DNA of 64,000 nt from Eledone cirrhosa (GCA_964016885.1 OZ024752.1:24738001-24802000); one strand, 5' to 3'. Numbered from the stretch's first letter, positions 1 through 12,860 are shown. The notes: generated from the sequence alone by a model not told the origin. Translations and numbers: made by a program.

Positions 1-30
1 TGGAAGTTGTTTTAGCTGTACCAATCTAGT

Positions 31-122
<92 letters not shown>
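31..122. repeat. (TA)n/(CA)n microsatellite
   Basis: Direct dinucleotide run. Many similar TA/CA/GT tracts occur throughout (e.g. 15870-16550, 21635-21830, 54340-54960, 57200-57700, 63080-63300). Confidence 0.95.
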
Positions 123-1077
123 GCATGTGTGTGTGACTAAACCGCAGAATATCGTCTTTGTTGTCGTAAGACAGTAGAGAGTGATATTTGGCTGCTATTT
201 CTACCAGGTCAATCAACTATGTAAGAGTCTCTCTGCGGGTAGTCAACTCTGTTCCTATGGTAGTAAGTAGGGAGGTAGTCCTAGGGCCAAGAAGACCAGA
301 AGTCTCTACTGCCAAGAGCACGACCGCAAACCTGTCGAGGAGCGAAATGTGTAATTCCTTTACTTTAAGAGTGTGTGTTGGCTGCTATTTCTACCAGGTC
401 AAGTAATCAGGTAAGAGACTCCCTCCTTGATACGTAATAAATATTTCACTGAGTGATGCTGCTTGTTTGACCATGGGTTGGAATCAATTGATGGAGTGAA
501 TTGATATAACTGAAGGTATTAAATTATGTCAGGGACTTCTAACGTATGACACCGGTGTTTTTCAGGAGAGTGAAGCATTACCAACGACACCACGTACCTG
601 CCATCTTAATTATAACTTTAATTAATCTTAATATATCTTGTATAGTTATTATCTTATATTAAGGTAAAAGTTAATATTTTGTAGATAACATAGAGTGAGC
701 TACATGTTTCAGGGTAGGTGTTCCATCACCTACATGATTAAATATTTCATTTCATGAGAAACTACGCTACTTCGTGAATTGGTTGTTCCACATTTTATAG
801 GACAGTGAGAAATAAGTTTAAATCACCAACATCTGAACAATTAGCTTTCCTGGTCTTTCTTGACTTTACATTTGGACTTGAAATATAAAGTACGTATTAT
901 TTATATTGTTAACACAGCAGATATTGTGTACTTTTCTACACTCTCTGGTGAACAATCCTCATTTATTAAGACACAAACACACACACACACACTCTCTCTC
1001 ACACACTTTCTTATACCGACATCAGTCTTACACAGTCATATATCTTCAGAACTTCGAAGAATTCTTCAAGAATTACT

Positions 1078-1986
1078 ATGGAAGACGTTAAACACTTGGA
1101 CATTTCTACCACACCTGCTTCTACCAATATAGATACAGTTACACAGACATACAGTGGTGAGAAACCTTTACCTAGTGAAACATGTACTGAACAAGGATCA
1201 TTACACAGCAATATTCCTGAATATAGCTGTGAGATTTGTAGGAAAACTTTCTCATCAGAAGATCAATTATCTACACATAAAAGAACACACACTAAAGATA
1301 AACCCTATCACTGTCAAATATGTGAGAAATCTTTCACTTCGAAATCCGATCTTGTTAGACATATACGTACTCACACTGGAGAAAAACGTTTCCACTGTGA
1401 AATATGTGGGAAAGCTTTTGCTGAAAATTTTAGTGTTGTACTTCATAAAAGAACACACACTGGAGAGAAACCCTATCATTGTGAAATTTGTGGGAAATCT
1501 TTTGTGACAAACATTTATTTAACTGTACATATAAGAACACACACTGGAGAGAAACCATATCATTGTGAAATTTGTGGGAAATCTTTTGTATACAACAGTA
1601 ATTTCAATGCACATAAAAGAACACACAGTAGAGAAAAGCATTATGATTGTGAAATATGTGGGAAATCTTTCTTTCAGAATGCTAGTCTCATTAACCATAG
1701 ATATAATCACACTGGAATAAAGCCCTTCAATTGTGAAATATGTGAGAAATCTTTTGTCAGGGGCAATGACTTGATTAGGCATAAAAGAACTCACACTGGA
1801 GAGAAACCCTTTTACTGTGAAATATGTGGGAAGTATTTCGTACAAAGCGGTAATTTGATTGTACATAAAAGATCACATACTGGTGAAAGACCTTACCACT
1901 GTGAAATATGTGGGAAATCTTTTATTAGGAATAGTAACTTAAATAAACACAAACAAACACACACAAGAAGGAAACATTTTAACTAA
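1078..1986 (+). CDS. C2H2 zinc-finger protein, 9 tandem fingers, single coding exon, no KRAB/SCAN/BTB visible
   Basis: 302-aa open ORF with nine CxxC-x12-HxxxH units joined by TGEKP-type linkers. A degenerate finger remnant (YSGEKPLPSETC) precedes them. Confidence 0.93.
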   Translation: MEDVKHLDISTTPASTNIDTVTQTYSGEKPLPSETCTEQGSLHSNIPEYSCEICRKTFSSEDQLSTHKRTHTKDKPYHCQICEKSFTSKSDLVRHIRTHTGEKRFHCEICGKAFAENFSVVLHKRTHTGEKPYHCEICGKSFVTNIYLTVHIRTHTGEKPYHCEICGKSFVYNSNFNAHKRTHSREKHYDCEICGKSFFQNASLINHRYNHTGIKPFNCEICEKSFVRGNDLIRHKRTHTGEKPFYCEICGKYFVQSGNLIVHKRSHTGERPYHCEICGKSFIRNSNLNKHKQTHTRRKHFN

Positions 1987-2139
1987 CTCTTCCTCTTACA
2001 AATTTAAACTGATTGTCATGAAGTAACTCTTAGAAGTTCCACAGACTCGAAAAGTTGCTTGTCATTTTTTAAATTATACACTTCGTTGGAAATAAATTCT
2101 TGTTCATATCCTAATCTTTTGCCATGAGTTGTGACATGA

Positions 2140-2425
2140 CTAAACACAGAACACACACTGGAGAAAAACCCTATCACTGTACCAATGTGGGAAATCTTTT
2201 GGCTGTAATGGTGAATTGACTAACCACAGAAGAACACACACTGGAGAGAAACCCTTCCACTGTGAAATATGTGGGAAAACTTTCGTCCCTAAAAGTAACT
2301 TAAATAAACACACTGGAGGGAAACGTTTTAACTGTGAAACATGAAACACCTTCCTCTTACAAATATAAACCTATTGTCCACCAACATCTTGAGGGAACCC
2401 TTAGTAGTTTTACAGACTCCAAACA
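2140..2425 (+). pseudogene. Frameshifted ZNF fragment (~2 fingers) with a second copy of the gene 3' end
   Basis: HTGEKPYHC / HTGEKPFHCEICGK coding with indels. 2293-2425 resembles 1933-2052 (agtaacttaaataaacac...ttcctcttacaaat...acagactc). Confidence 0.8.
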
Positions 2426-2432
2426 TTGTTTG

Positions 2433-2640
2433 TCATCATCATCATACGTCCGCTTTTCCATGCTTGCAAGGGTGGGATGGGTCCTATTCAGCACAGCATC
2501 TCTCCACTTGTCACGGTCCTTTGTCATCTCCTCCATGAGCTTCAGTGATATGAGGTCGCCCATGTTTTTAGTGGTCTTCCTCTACTGTATCTTCCTTCTA
2601 CTGGGATTTCTTGGCACTTCTTTACCCAGTGATCATCCTC
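2433..2640 (-). mobile_element. RTE LINE 3' fragment
   Basis: (CAT)n tail on + strand; minus-strand EMTKDRDKWRDAV C-terminus matches other RTE ends in the window. Confidence 0.7.
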
Positions 2641-3575
2641 CATACCATCGCAGTCTTCTCTCCCGCACACAACAACTTATCCCTTGTCATATATTTTTAG
2701 CTGGAATTACATTCTTGTTCATGTCTATTCCCTGTCTTCCTGAAGTCATTTTTAATCTATGCAAAAAATTTCATCAGTCTTTTGCCAACACCAACATTCC
2801 CTACTTTTGCTATCTGCGGGGTGCAACCCCAACATCGCCTTAAGTCCAAAGCACCCTTTCTGTGGCTCTAGAGCCTTTCCTTTCCTTTCCTGTTTTTGAA
2901 TACTTGTGTTTTTCTAATTATTAGTTACTAATTAATTAAATTGTGTATATTTCTTCAAAATTAAAACTGATATACTTCCCTGGTGGAATGTGTAATTAAG
3001 GGACCCTCTATCTCCTGATAATTCTGTGTTTTGTCTATCAGAAATTTCAGATTATGCCATATCTTGTATCAGAAATTTATAGCAAGCAATGGCACTATTC
3101 CATAGCTGTGGAATAATTTGGCCGTACTTTGTCACTCGCCAGTCCTTAGACTTGGTGGTGTAGGAATACCAAAAGTTAACTTCGGCACAACAGTTACTTC
3201 GCACCTCTTTTGATTTCTACCTATCAGTTACGGTTTGAATTTCGTGGACACAAGAAGTCACTAATTACGTTCCCGGTCGATACTAGCAAGATGTAGCACT
3301 TTACAAGGAACTTTGGCCCTCTCGGCAAGGGGCCCAACAGCAACACACTTTGTTTTCGTTCAATTTAATCATTCAGTATGCTAGCTGCTTTCCCCTCTTT
3401 TAGTGCTTGTATTATTGTATCGGAAGAAAATAAACCTTAGTTATTTCCTCACTGTGCTTTCTGATTTGATCCTTCCACGTGGACTAAAAACATAAACACG
3501 CAGCCTATAAATCTCCATATATATCTTCATTAAGGATCCTTTCCGCAACCAAGAACAAACCCTTTCTTCTAAAAA

Positions 3576-3840
3576 TTCCCTGATGTAGTATGTTATTAGG
3601 GACCTTCTTTGACACGAGGTAATGTTGTATCTTCTCTTCTCTCAGAAATTTTAGGGGGCAACACCAACATTAACAGCTGTAACATGTAATTGAGGGACCT
3701 CTCATTTGAGGTAATGTCTTGTTTCCTCTTGTCTGAGAAATTAAGGGGTAACATCAACATTCCCTGATGTGGTGTGTAATTGAGGGCCTGTCTCTCACCT
3801 CAGGTAATACCATGTCCTCTCTTATCTCAGAAATTTCACT
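3576..3840. repeat. Diverged ~90-bp tandem repeat (3 units), with a related unit at 2976-3050
   Basis: Recurring ttccctg...tgtaattgagggacc...gaggtaat...tctcagaaatt. Confidence 0.7.
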
Positions 3841-4195
3841 GGGAAACTGTCTTTTTATTGATTTGTTTGTTTTTTGTAAATTCTTTATTAGTTTTTCATT
3901 ATTCATTATGTAAACTAGCAGAAAACCACCTCAGGGTGACTTTCTGCTAGCATGTGTAGTGTGCATATTGATATTATATGCCATATAAACGTTATCATAT
4001 AACGATGCAAATATATGAACGTTTATATAAGCAATGTGATATTTCGTCCGTTATATCATAACAGGAAGTATTGACATTTGAAAATTTTAAAAGAAGTGAA
4101 TCTTAAAATAAGCCATCATTATATATAAGAATATTTATGTTTAATCAACAGCTACGAAATTTATTACATAAATTATGTAATAATCATTCATTATT

Positions 4196-4377
4196 GAATT
4201 GGTAGTATCGGTAGAGGGTTGGACGCCATGCTTTCTAGCATAGCTACGTCCCTTTACGGTCTGAGTTCAAATCCCGCCAAGGTTAACTTTGCCTTTCATC
4301 CTAACGGGGTCGATAAAATAAAGTACCAGTAATGTACTGGATAATTGCTGGCCTTGTGCCTAAAGTAGAAACAATTA
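4196..4377 (+). mobile_element. tRNA-derived SINE family 1
   Basis: B-box gagttcaaatccc, body ggggtcgataaaataaagtaccagt, tail gtagaaacaatta; eight copies or fragments in the window. Confidence 0.85.
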
Positions 4378-4464
4378 TTTATTCAAAGTAATCCAACTTA
4401 TTTTACTTATGGGATAAAAAAAATATTCAGGACACAGTCCCGCACTCCTCCCTTTATTGTATTA

Positions 4465-5390
4465 TGATTCTATTTCTATCAGTGATGATACCCTAAAGAT
4501 CCTTCAGAGAAACCCTATTTCTGCTTCTATTCTTTTGGTCATTACACAAAATTCATGTCCATAGTTCAGGGTTGGCAGATTACCAAATTTAAGATAATGA
4601 GATTGACTTTTACACCTACTTCCCTTATTTTGATTAACAAATGCTGAATCTAGTGCATTACTGTACCAACCCCAGCAATTCTTACACTGAATACAGCCTC
4701 AAGACTCTTGAACTTATCTGCCTGCTTCAGTAGATCTCCACTCACATGTAGAGAGGTAAAGTATTTTAGTCATCAATTGACTGATTTTCATTTCTGCCAT
4801 GCAGTAGTTGGCAGCAAACCTATCAAGTGCATGTTGGAGATTACCTTCTCACTAGATAGCTACTAAAATGACATCCAGAAATTCTAAACAACTGATCCCA
4901 CATCCACCAGTCTTGATACCAATTCCAGCCCAGTTGCTCATGTCAATCCTATCGATGAAGATTATGAACAGGGGAGGTGACAGCACACATCCTTGGCAGA
5001 GTCTGACACCCTCATTGAAAGTTTTCGACTTAGCAATGTTTGGGGTAACATTACTTAATATAATTCATAGCTTGGAGATGAGAGACTCATTCCAAAAGAG
5101 GTGCTAATTCTCTGAAATGAGAGATCACAACTCTAATACTATGGTGATGTGTTCAGAATGTCTCAGGAAACAATTACTGGGCAGATTTTACAGGCAAAAC
5201 CAACTGGCAGGAGCCCCAGGGGTAGACCCCGAGCAAGATGGATGGATAATATTCATGAGCATGATTTGTTTTGCTTCGGGATCCAGCCAGATCAGATGAA
5301 GACAGTTGATTCTGACAGTACCTGCTTGAAGGCATGCTTGAGGACTCTGCCACCATGACCATCCTTGGAATAAGTGGACGAAGGAGAAAT
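4465..5390. mobile_element. RTE/BovB-like LINE fragment with 5' inversion
   Basis: Minus strand ~5035-4465 encodes RT motifs (LCQGCVLSPPLFIIF, PTLNYGHE); plus strand 5035-5390 encodes the C-terminus (GRSPRGRPRARWMD). Confidence 0.75.
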
Positions 5391-5463
5391 ATTCATATCA
5401 GAATTGAAAATAGTTACATTTGAGGAATTTGTCAAGTCTGTGACTTCAACCTTTCATTATTTT

Positions 5464-5818
5464 CCCATCTAAATCTCTGTTATTAACACCATATATAATG
5501 ATATCATCTTGTAAGTAGTATTAAAACATCTAACACCCATCTAAATCTCTGTTATTAACACCATATGTAATGATATCATCTTGTAAGTAGTTTTAATACA
5601 TCTAACACCCATCTAAATCTGTTATTAACACCATATGAAATGATATCTTGTAAGTAGTTTTAATACATCTAACACCCATCTAAATCTTTTATTAACACCA
5701 TATGTAATGATATCATCTTGTAAGTAGTTTTAATACATCTAACACCCGTCTAAATCTCTGTTATTAACACCATATGTGATGATATCGTCTTATAAGTAGT
5801 TTTAATACACCTAACACA
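5464..5818. repeat. ~72-bp minisatellite, 5 units
   Basis: Repeats of cccatctaaatctctgttattaacaccatatgtaatgatatcatcttgtaagtagttttaatacatctaaca. Confidence 0.92.
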
Positions 5819-6779
5819 AACAGTTCAATATTTTTTTAAATGATTAAAATTCTATCACTCTTCGTATATTTTACAACTGAAATTTAGAAATTTGACAATA
5901 TCCTGGTTATAGGGCCATAATTTTGGTGGTATCATTGTTTCCCTAAAGTAACATGAAAAATTAAAACTTAATCACAAAAGATCACAAACTGTTGAAGTAT
6001 TAGTTGTTTGCTGTTGATCTTGTAGTAATGGTGATTTCTGGCATTCTTGGTCCCTATACCACCTCCCTACTAACTGTTATCAGGGTGGAGTTGGCTACAC
6101 ACAGGAGAGAGCCCCACAAGTTTTAAAAGCTATTTCAACACATCTCACTTGCTGTCCCCCATTCTGTCCTATCACCATTCTGTCCTCTCCTGGGACCACA
6201 AGGTAGCTGGTACCTAGTGTTCTCCATGCCAGAGAGAATTCTCCCACACTGTCCAGGTTTGTATCATTGGGGGTAGTGATGGTATAGTTTACTGATTGTT
6301 GTTAGTCACAGTCCATTATAAGAAATGTTTCAAGAAATACGAAGCAACAAATATTATTTGCTAAAACTAGTTAAATCTCTATTAATTTGTAAATTAGGCT
6401 CAAGAGCAGCAGATTTAGGAGAAGAGTAAAGTTGATTAAATCAACCCCAATTCAAATCAGATGACAGTATCTTGGTTTCCATGACTGGATGCCCTTCATA
6501 ACGCCAACTACATTTGCAGTGTGTACTGGGTGCTTTCTGCAGTATCACCAAAATGACCACAGAGTGGACTGGATACATTTTGTTGTGGCACCAAGATGAT
6601 AACATTACAGTGTCGACTATGGTGGGGAGATTGATCAAATGTGGGGCACTTATCTGGTGAAGGGTGGGTTTTTTGGGGTGTATGTGGAGTGGAGGGAGGT
6701 GTGTTAGGGCGTGGGAATTGGGTGAAAGGGGGAGGGCATGATAGGATGTGCATACTAGATGTATGCTTTAACCATGTGC

Positions 6780-8190
6780 ATTGGAGGGCAAGTCCTCGGT
6801 ATAACTACATAACGCCAGGTATCTCAATCCTGTGTTATCACTTTTGAGATGTGTAATTGTGCAAGTCTACTCCATAGCTTCCATCAACTTTGAGTAACCT
6901 GCACCTTTGTATACTGCCGTCATCCTTTATACACATCACATGTCCATATCAATGTAATCTCCTCTCCTGCAAACTGCATTATATATATCACCACCATCAT
7001 TATCGTTTTTACAACAGTTTTCAAATGCTTGGATGGGTCCATTTCAGCACAACATTCCCCATTCCTTTGTCATCTCTTCTGTGACTCTCAGTAATTTGAG
7101 ATCAGCTTTCATCACCTGTGTCCAGGTCTTTCTTGATCTACCTCTACTGTAGCTTCGTTCCACTGGGATTCCCTGGCACTTCTTCACCCAATGATCATCA
7201 TCTATGTACATCAAATGTCCGTACCAACACAGTCTTCTGTCTTGCACACCACTTCGGATTCCTCTTAAACCCAGTTTCTCCCTCAGGTCATCCAAGCTCT
7301 GTCTTTCTTGCACTTCCAATGAGCATGGTTGCTTCATTTCTTTCAAGACAATGTATATCCTCTGCAGTCACAGCCCATGTAGCACCACATATACTGTGCA
7401 GTCACAGCCCATGTTTCACTACCATGTAGCATCACATATCCTCTGCAATCACTGCCCATATTTCACTACCATGTAGCACCACATATCCTCTGCAGTCACA
7501 GCCCATGTTTCACTACCATGTAGCACCACATATCCTCTGCAGTCACAGCCCATGTTTCACTACCATGTAGCACCACATGTCCTCTGCAGTCACTGCCCAT
7601 GTAGCATCACAATTCACACACAGACATCATACAGTCGTCCTTTTGTACATAGGGAGAAAACTTTTATCAACAGTGGGAGTAGCTTTCTAAACCTCCCCCA
7701 TCCTTATTCTAGCTATTATGTTCTCAAAGTTCCTCCTCTGCTGCTAATTAAGTCACCTAGATAACAGAAGCTATCAGCCACTTCTATGGATCCTTCCCGT
7801 CATTGGAAAAGATTTATATCTTTGACAATCTTCCCCTTGATTATTCCTGTGTATCTTTTACAAGTCTTCCCTTCCTGTTAGGTTACCTGATATCCCACTA
7901 CATCACTTGTGTATCCAAGATTTACATTGTGACCATTGTATAGAGTTTATACCTACATTGTGTCCATTGTATAGAGTTTATACCTACATTGTGTACATTC
8001 TATAGAGTATATGTCTACATTGTGTACATTGTATAGAGTTTATGTCTACATTGTGTACATTCTATAGAGTTTGTCTACAGTGTATATACTTCTTTTCTAA
8101 ATATTGAACAGGGCCACTTCCCCATGGGAATCAAGGTCCTGTCTTCTTTCCTACTTACCATTATATTAGTTTTGGCTAAGTTTTCTCTCA
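6780..8190 (-). mobile_element. Degenerate RTE LINE 3' portions with internal minisatellites
   Basis: LREKLGLRGIRSGVQDRRLCWYGHLM...RGRSRKTW on minus strand; remnants of PHD-coding sequence near 7900-8130. Confidence 0.8.
7355..7610. repeat. ~50-bp minisatellite derived from RTE coding sequence
   Basis: Repeats of atatcctctgcagtcacagcccatgtttcactaccatgtagcaccac; minus strand reads VLHGSETWAVTAED. Confidence 0.88.
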
Positions 8191-8339
8191 AACTTTTTGA
8201 TTCCAACTTCTGTTCCTGTAGAAAAACCATACCACACTGTCCTTTGCGTGGGTTAATAAGGATCGCATCCAGGCCTTAGGTAGAGGGACCTGTTTGAAAA
8301 ATATATTGCAGTCTCCATTTCATGCTGCAAAAACTTGTG

Positions 8340-9955
8340 ATGGGCCTGCATCCTTTCCTGAGAGGGTCTGGAAGGGAGCAAACCTTAACAGTTGATACCT
8401 GGAACATCACAACCCTCACAGGTAAGGAGCAGGAACAAGTGGAGAAGGCTAGATGCTACCAACTAGATATAGCAGGGGTCTCTTCAACAAAGTTCCATGG
8501 CTCTGATACTGTAGACTTAAATGGAGGAATCTCCACTATTCAGGTGTGATGCCAGAAATTACTGTACAGGTAGGAATGGGGATAATCACAAGCCCCTGCC
8601 TGTCAGAATGTGTTATAGACTGGATCCCATTGGGAGGGAGGATTTGCCTCTTGAAGCTTAGGTTGAAAGATAGGTCTCTGTGGGTGGTGCAAGTTTATAC
8701 ACCAAACAAGGAGTCCAAATAGAGGTCCTTCCTTGATGAAGTCACTGTAGCATTAGATGTAGTTAAGACTGAGTCATATAACCTGATGGGAAACTTCAAT
8801 ACACATGTTGGTACTGATGACCTGACATGGTAAGGAGTGATTGGAAGGAATGGCAACCCCAATCTAAATACGAATGGAGAGGTCTTGCTAGACTTCTGTT
8901 CTAGCAATGGAATCTCTATCATAAACACCTTCCAGCACAGAGGCATCCATAAATATACATGGTATATGGGGAATCAGGGACAGAAATCAATAATTTATTT
9001 TATAATTGTCTCTGATCTCTTTGATTCTGTGATGGTTGTTTGTGTTAAGAGAGGGGCTGAGCTGTCAACTGATCACCATCTAGTTATCATAAGACTACCT
9101 AAAGCCAAGAAGCCCACAAAACTGGCATGTCTCGGGTGACCTACAGGATAAAGTGGAAAGTACTGGTGGATAAGGAAGACAGGACTAAGTATGCAGATAC
9201 TATTGCATCCAAATTCAGAGAACTCCCTGAGCAAACTAAGGATGTTGAGACGGAGTGGAGATTGTTCAGTGAAGCAGTTTCTACTTCAGCTGTTAAATTA
9301 TGCAGGCAAAAGAGACTTGGTGTGGTACCAAATGGCAAGAAGGCTCCATGGTTCAATCAAGAGGTTTAAAATACCACCCGAGCAAAGAAAGAGGCTTACA
9401 AAGCTTAGCTTAGAAATAAGTCCTCCTTCTTACACTTGCGGTAGAAGCAGGGATGAAAAATCGCAGCAGAGACAATAAAAGCATCCAAAGATAAGACATG
9501 GGAGGACTTTGGAGTGAAGCTGGAATCTGACTTCAGATCAGCAAATAAAGTATTCTGGCAGTCTATCTGCGGACTTCGTAATAAGAAGTCCTCCTCCCCA
9601 CCTGCTATCAAGGATGTGTCTGGATTTCTCCTCTCTTGAGAGAGGTGCATCTTCATAAGGTGCAGAGAATACTTTGCTGATCTCCTAAACCTGATCATAA
9701 CAGCATCTTCAGATATACACGAGGTGCATCTGGGATTGGTGACTAATCCCTCAGAGGCTGAAGTTGCAAAAGCAGTTAAAGAGCTCAAATGTAGCCAAGC
9801 CACTGGGGATGATGAAATCTTGCCCGAGATGTTAAAAGCCTCAAAGAGAGAAGGTATTCTCTGGCTGATTTGTGTGTACCGGGTGGATTGGATCTCTGGA
9901 AGGGTACCTAAGCAATGGCAATCGGGAGTGATTAACCCAATTTTCAAAAAGTTCC
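8340..9955 (+). mobile_element. RTE/BovB-like LINE: AP endonuclease and N-terminal RT region, degraded
   Basis: TWNITTLTGKE, GNFNTHVG, NGEVLLDFC, LSTDHHLV, ATGDDEILPEMLK, WQSGVINPIFKK; several stops and frameshifts. Confidence 0.85.
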
Positions 9956-9969
9956 TGGCAAATAGATGA

Positions 9970-10225
9970 TGATTTCGCTGCTATTTCTAGCAGTCTGTGT
10001 GACTACGTAGAGGTTTTATTATAGATATATAATTAATATTTTACTGAGTGATACTTTATGATTTACCATAGATTAGATATGATTGGGATTGTGTCTGAAT
10101 GTATTAAATCATATCAGGGACTTTTAACGTATGACACCGGTATGAGAGGTGAAACATTGTCAATGACACCGAGTACCTGCTGTCTTCATTATAACTTTAA
10201 TTAATCTAATTATATCTTGTGTAAC

Positions 10226-10270
<45 letters not shown>

Positions 10271-10697
10271 GTTTTCTTTCTCCAGCATCAGTCTTACACT
10301 GTCATATCTATTCTTACTTTACAATTGTGTCTACTAAGAGTTCCATTACAATCTGTAGTAGTAAAACTACTATTTCACCAGAACATCTGCTATCAGTCAT
10401 TTATAGATAATATATATATTTTAGACCACATATCAACCTAATATATATTTCCTATCAAATCTGTAGCTAAAGACATAAAGTCAGCCTCACTACTTCATTC
10501 TGACAAGATATCAATTTATGACTAAAGATGAAGATACACCAACGTTAATGTCGTGAAATAAAGCTGATAACATCTTTGAAACTTCTAATTTGATAACAAA
10601 GATATTATTTCTTTGGTTGTTTAGTAAAATCTAACAACACAACACATTGATTATATCTGAAGGAGGTAAGTTGACAAAGATTTACTTGAAGTCTATA
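9970..10697 (+). repeat. Duplicated non-coding module, copy B (putative ZNF 5'-UTR exon region)
   Basis: Highly similar to 28150-29015 and partly to 380-640 and 1010-1045. AG at 10284-85 follows a pyrimidine tract; GTAAGT donor at 10666. Confidence 0.8.
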
Positions 10698-10698
10698 A

Positions 10699-10831
10699 TA
10701 ATTGTTTCTACTTTTGGCACAAGACCAGCAGTTACCCAGTACATTACTGGTACTTTATTTTATCGACCCCGTAAGGATGAAAGGCAAAGTTAACCACGGC
10801 GGGATTTGAACTCAGACTGTAAAGGGACGTA
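10699..10831 (-). mobile_element. tRNA-derived SINE family 1 (5'-truncated)
   Basis: Reverse complement of the 4196-4377 body. Confidence 0.85.
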
Positions 10832-11297
10832 CTGTCTGATAGCCACTATACTGTACAAAAGATAATGTAGTCCTAGGTACACTACGTCTGATAGCCACTG
10901 TACTGTACATTAGATAATGTAGTCCTAGGTACACTATGCCTGATAGCCACTGTACTGTACATTAGATAATGTAGTCCTAGGTACACTATGTCTGATAGCC
11001 ACTGTACTGTACATTAGATAATGTAGTCCTAGGTAAACTATGTCTGATAGTCACTGTACTGTACATTAGATAATGTAGTCCTATGTTTGATAGCTACTAA
11101 TACTAACTTCTATACTGTACAAAAGATAATGTAGTCCTAGATACACTATGTCTCACAGCTACTAATACTAAGTACTATCCTATACATTAGATAATGTTGT
11201 CCTAGATAAACTGTGTCTTAAAGCCATTAATACTAATTTCTATACTGTACATTAGATAATGTAGTCCTAGATACACTATGTCTGATAGTCACTAGTA
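10832..11297. repeat. ~51-bp minisatellite, about 8 units
   Basis: Repeats of ctgatagccactgtactgtacattagataatgtagtcctaggtacactatgt. Confidence 0.92.
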
Positions 11298-11299
11298 TA

Positions 11300-11630
11300 T
11301 ACGTAGTTCTCAGGGAGATTCAGCGAGGCGTGTGACATGGCTTCCCTTTGAAATACTTGTAGAACCCATCTTATATTATAATGTGTCTGAATATTTCATT
11401 GACTCGTGTACCGTTGACATTGTTCTCAGGGAGATTCAGTGCGACAATTCTATGTAACAACGTCTCCCCTATAATTACTGGTACATCTTATTATTTTTGC
11501 CAGCTGGGAGAAATGAAACAATGAGAAATAAAGTATCTTGTTCAAGGCCCCAACGTACAGACCACCCGGTCTGGGATTCGAACTCACGAACCATACGTTC
11601 GTGTACTGCGTGCTGTCACCGCCTAAACCT
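11300..11630 (-). mobile_element. tRNA-derived SINE family 2
   Basis: Minus-strand B-box gagttcgaatccc followed by a ccttgaacaagatactttattt core shared with 29961-30150. Confidence 0.7.
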
Positions 11631-11989
11631 GGTTTCTTCCACAAAATACACCGGAATATTTTAATTCACGAACAAGATTTACAATAATTCGCTGAGAGTA
11701 ATCTCCCTTGGCTGACTTTAAAATCTTTTCTTCCATTAGAAATTAATGTTTCATGTCCGACTGAAAGACTCTGGAGTTTTTACATGTCTTGGGTTTAATT
11801 AATGAGGAATTTTGATATATTTCTAACAATTATTAATTATTTCATTAGTGAGATATCATTTGAAGGATTTACTAAAGTTTTTAATTATTAATTATTTTAT
11901 TAGTAACTTAACATGTGGTTCTTGTATAAAATTATGTTGGAATATTTTAGGAAGAAGCTATGTAGCCGGTCCCTGTAAAATAGACTCCC

Positions 11990-12478
11990 AGGCTATGTAG
12001 CCGGTAAGAGTATCAGACTCCATGTGTTGCGGCCCTTTATGGTCTGAGTTGAGACAATTTAAAATCTTTTCCACCATCAATTGTTAAAAAACAAGTTAAA
12101 ATCATTTAGTCGTCCATTCGTAACGTACGTCACACTTTAGTTACATACACACACACCTACTGTGTTACATACACACATCTACTGTGTTACATACACACAT
12201 ACATCTACTGTGTTACATACACACATCTACCGTGTTACATATACACACATCTACTGTGTAACACACACACATCTACTCATACATATTCATAAATAGACAC
12301 AATACAAATAATTATTACAGACACACATCTACTTATACATATTCATAAATAGACACACAATACAAATAATTATTGCATACACACACATCAATGTAATCAT
12401 TGAGGAAGGAAGGGGCTGGTGAAACGCTATAGCGATGTGTGTATTGCGTACCTTTAAGGCTTACCGGCTTCGTAGCCT
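11990..12478. mobile_element. Putative MITE with 19-bp terminal inverted repeats
   Basis: aggctatgtagccggtaag (11990) and cttaccggcttcgtagcct (12460-12478) match at 17/19; the interior is AC-rich tandem repeats. No TSD identified. Confidence 0.5.
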
Positions 12479-12817
12479 ATTCGAAGATTTATTATAATTA
12501 TGAACCTCTTATTTCAATTAATTATGAATAATTTTGAGATCACAATTGTTAGTTAATTACTAACATAGTAACTTAACACACGGTTGTTATATAGAATTTT
12601 GTTGGAAGACTTTAATTTAGATAGGAACCATTTCCATAGAACGAGAACCAATTTTGGCTGGGTTTCTCCCAAAAGGATTAATGAAGAATTTTGAATAATT
12701 TACTGGGTTCGCCGAACATTTATTATAATGTTCGTTTGTGTGTAAACAAACAGCCCGAATTAAGCCGTACAGTGTTCGGCAACCATCGTTGCCTTTTTGT
12801 TCAACACTGACAAAGGA

Positions 12818-12860
12818 ACGATGAACTAGTTTCTAGCTTATTAGCTGTCATCAGCATCAT
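12818..12860 (-). ncRNA. Minimal type I hammerhead ribozyme (retrozyme family), intact core
   Basis: Minus strand: augaug CUGAUGA c-agcu-aaua-agcu-a GAAA cuag UU caucgu. 6-bp stem I, 4-bp stem II, palindromic ACUAGU stem III, GUU cleavage triplet. Confidence 0.85.

Noticed and set aside
1-30. CTAG|T before the TA run as a Helitron 3' end
   Set aside because: No GC-rich hairpin visible and the context is cut by the window edge.
1267-1866. Antisense ORFs over ZNF1
   Set aside because: Typical shadow ORFs of repetitive zinc-finger codons.
5464-11297. CRISPR-like periodicity in the arrays at 5464-5818 and 10832-11297
   Set aside because: Whole units repeat with no unique spacers; eukaryotic context and no cas genes. 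These are minisatellites.
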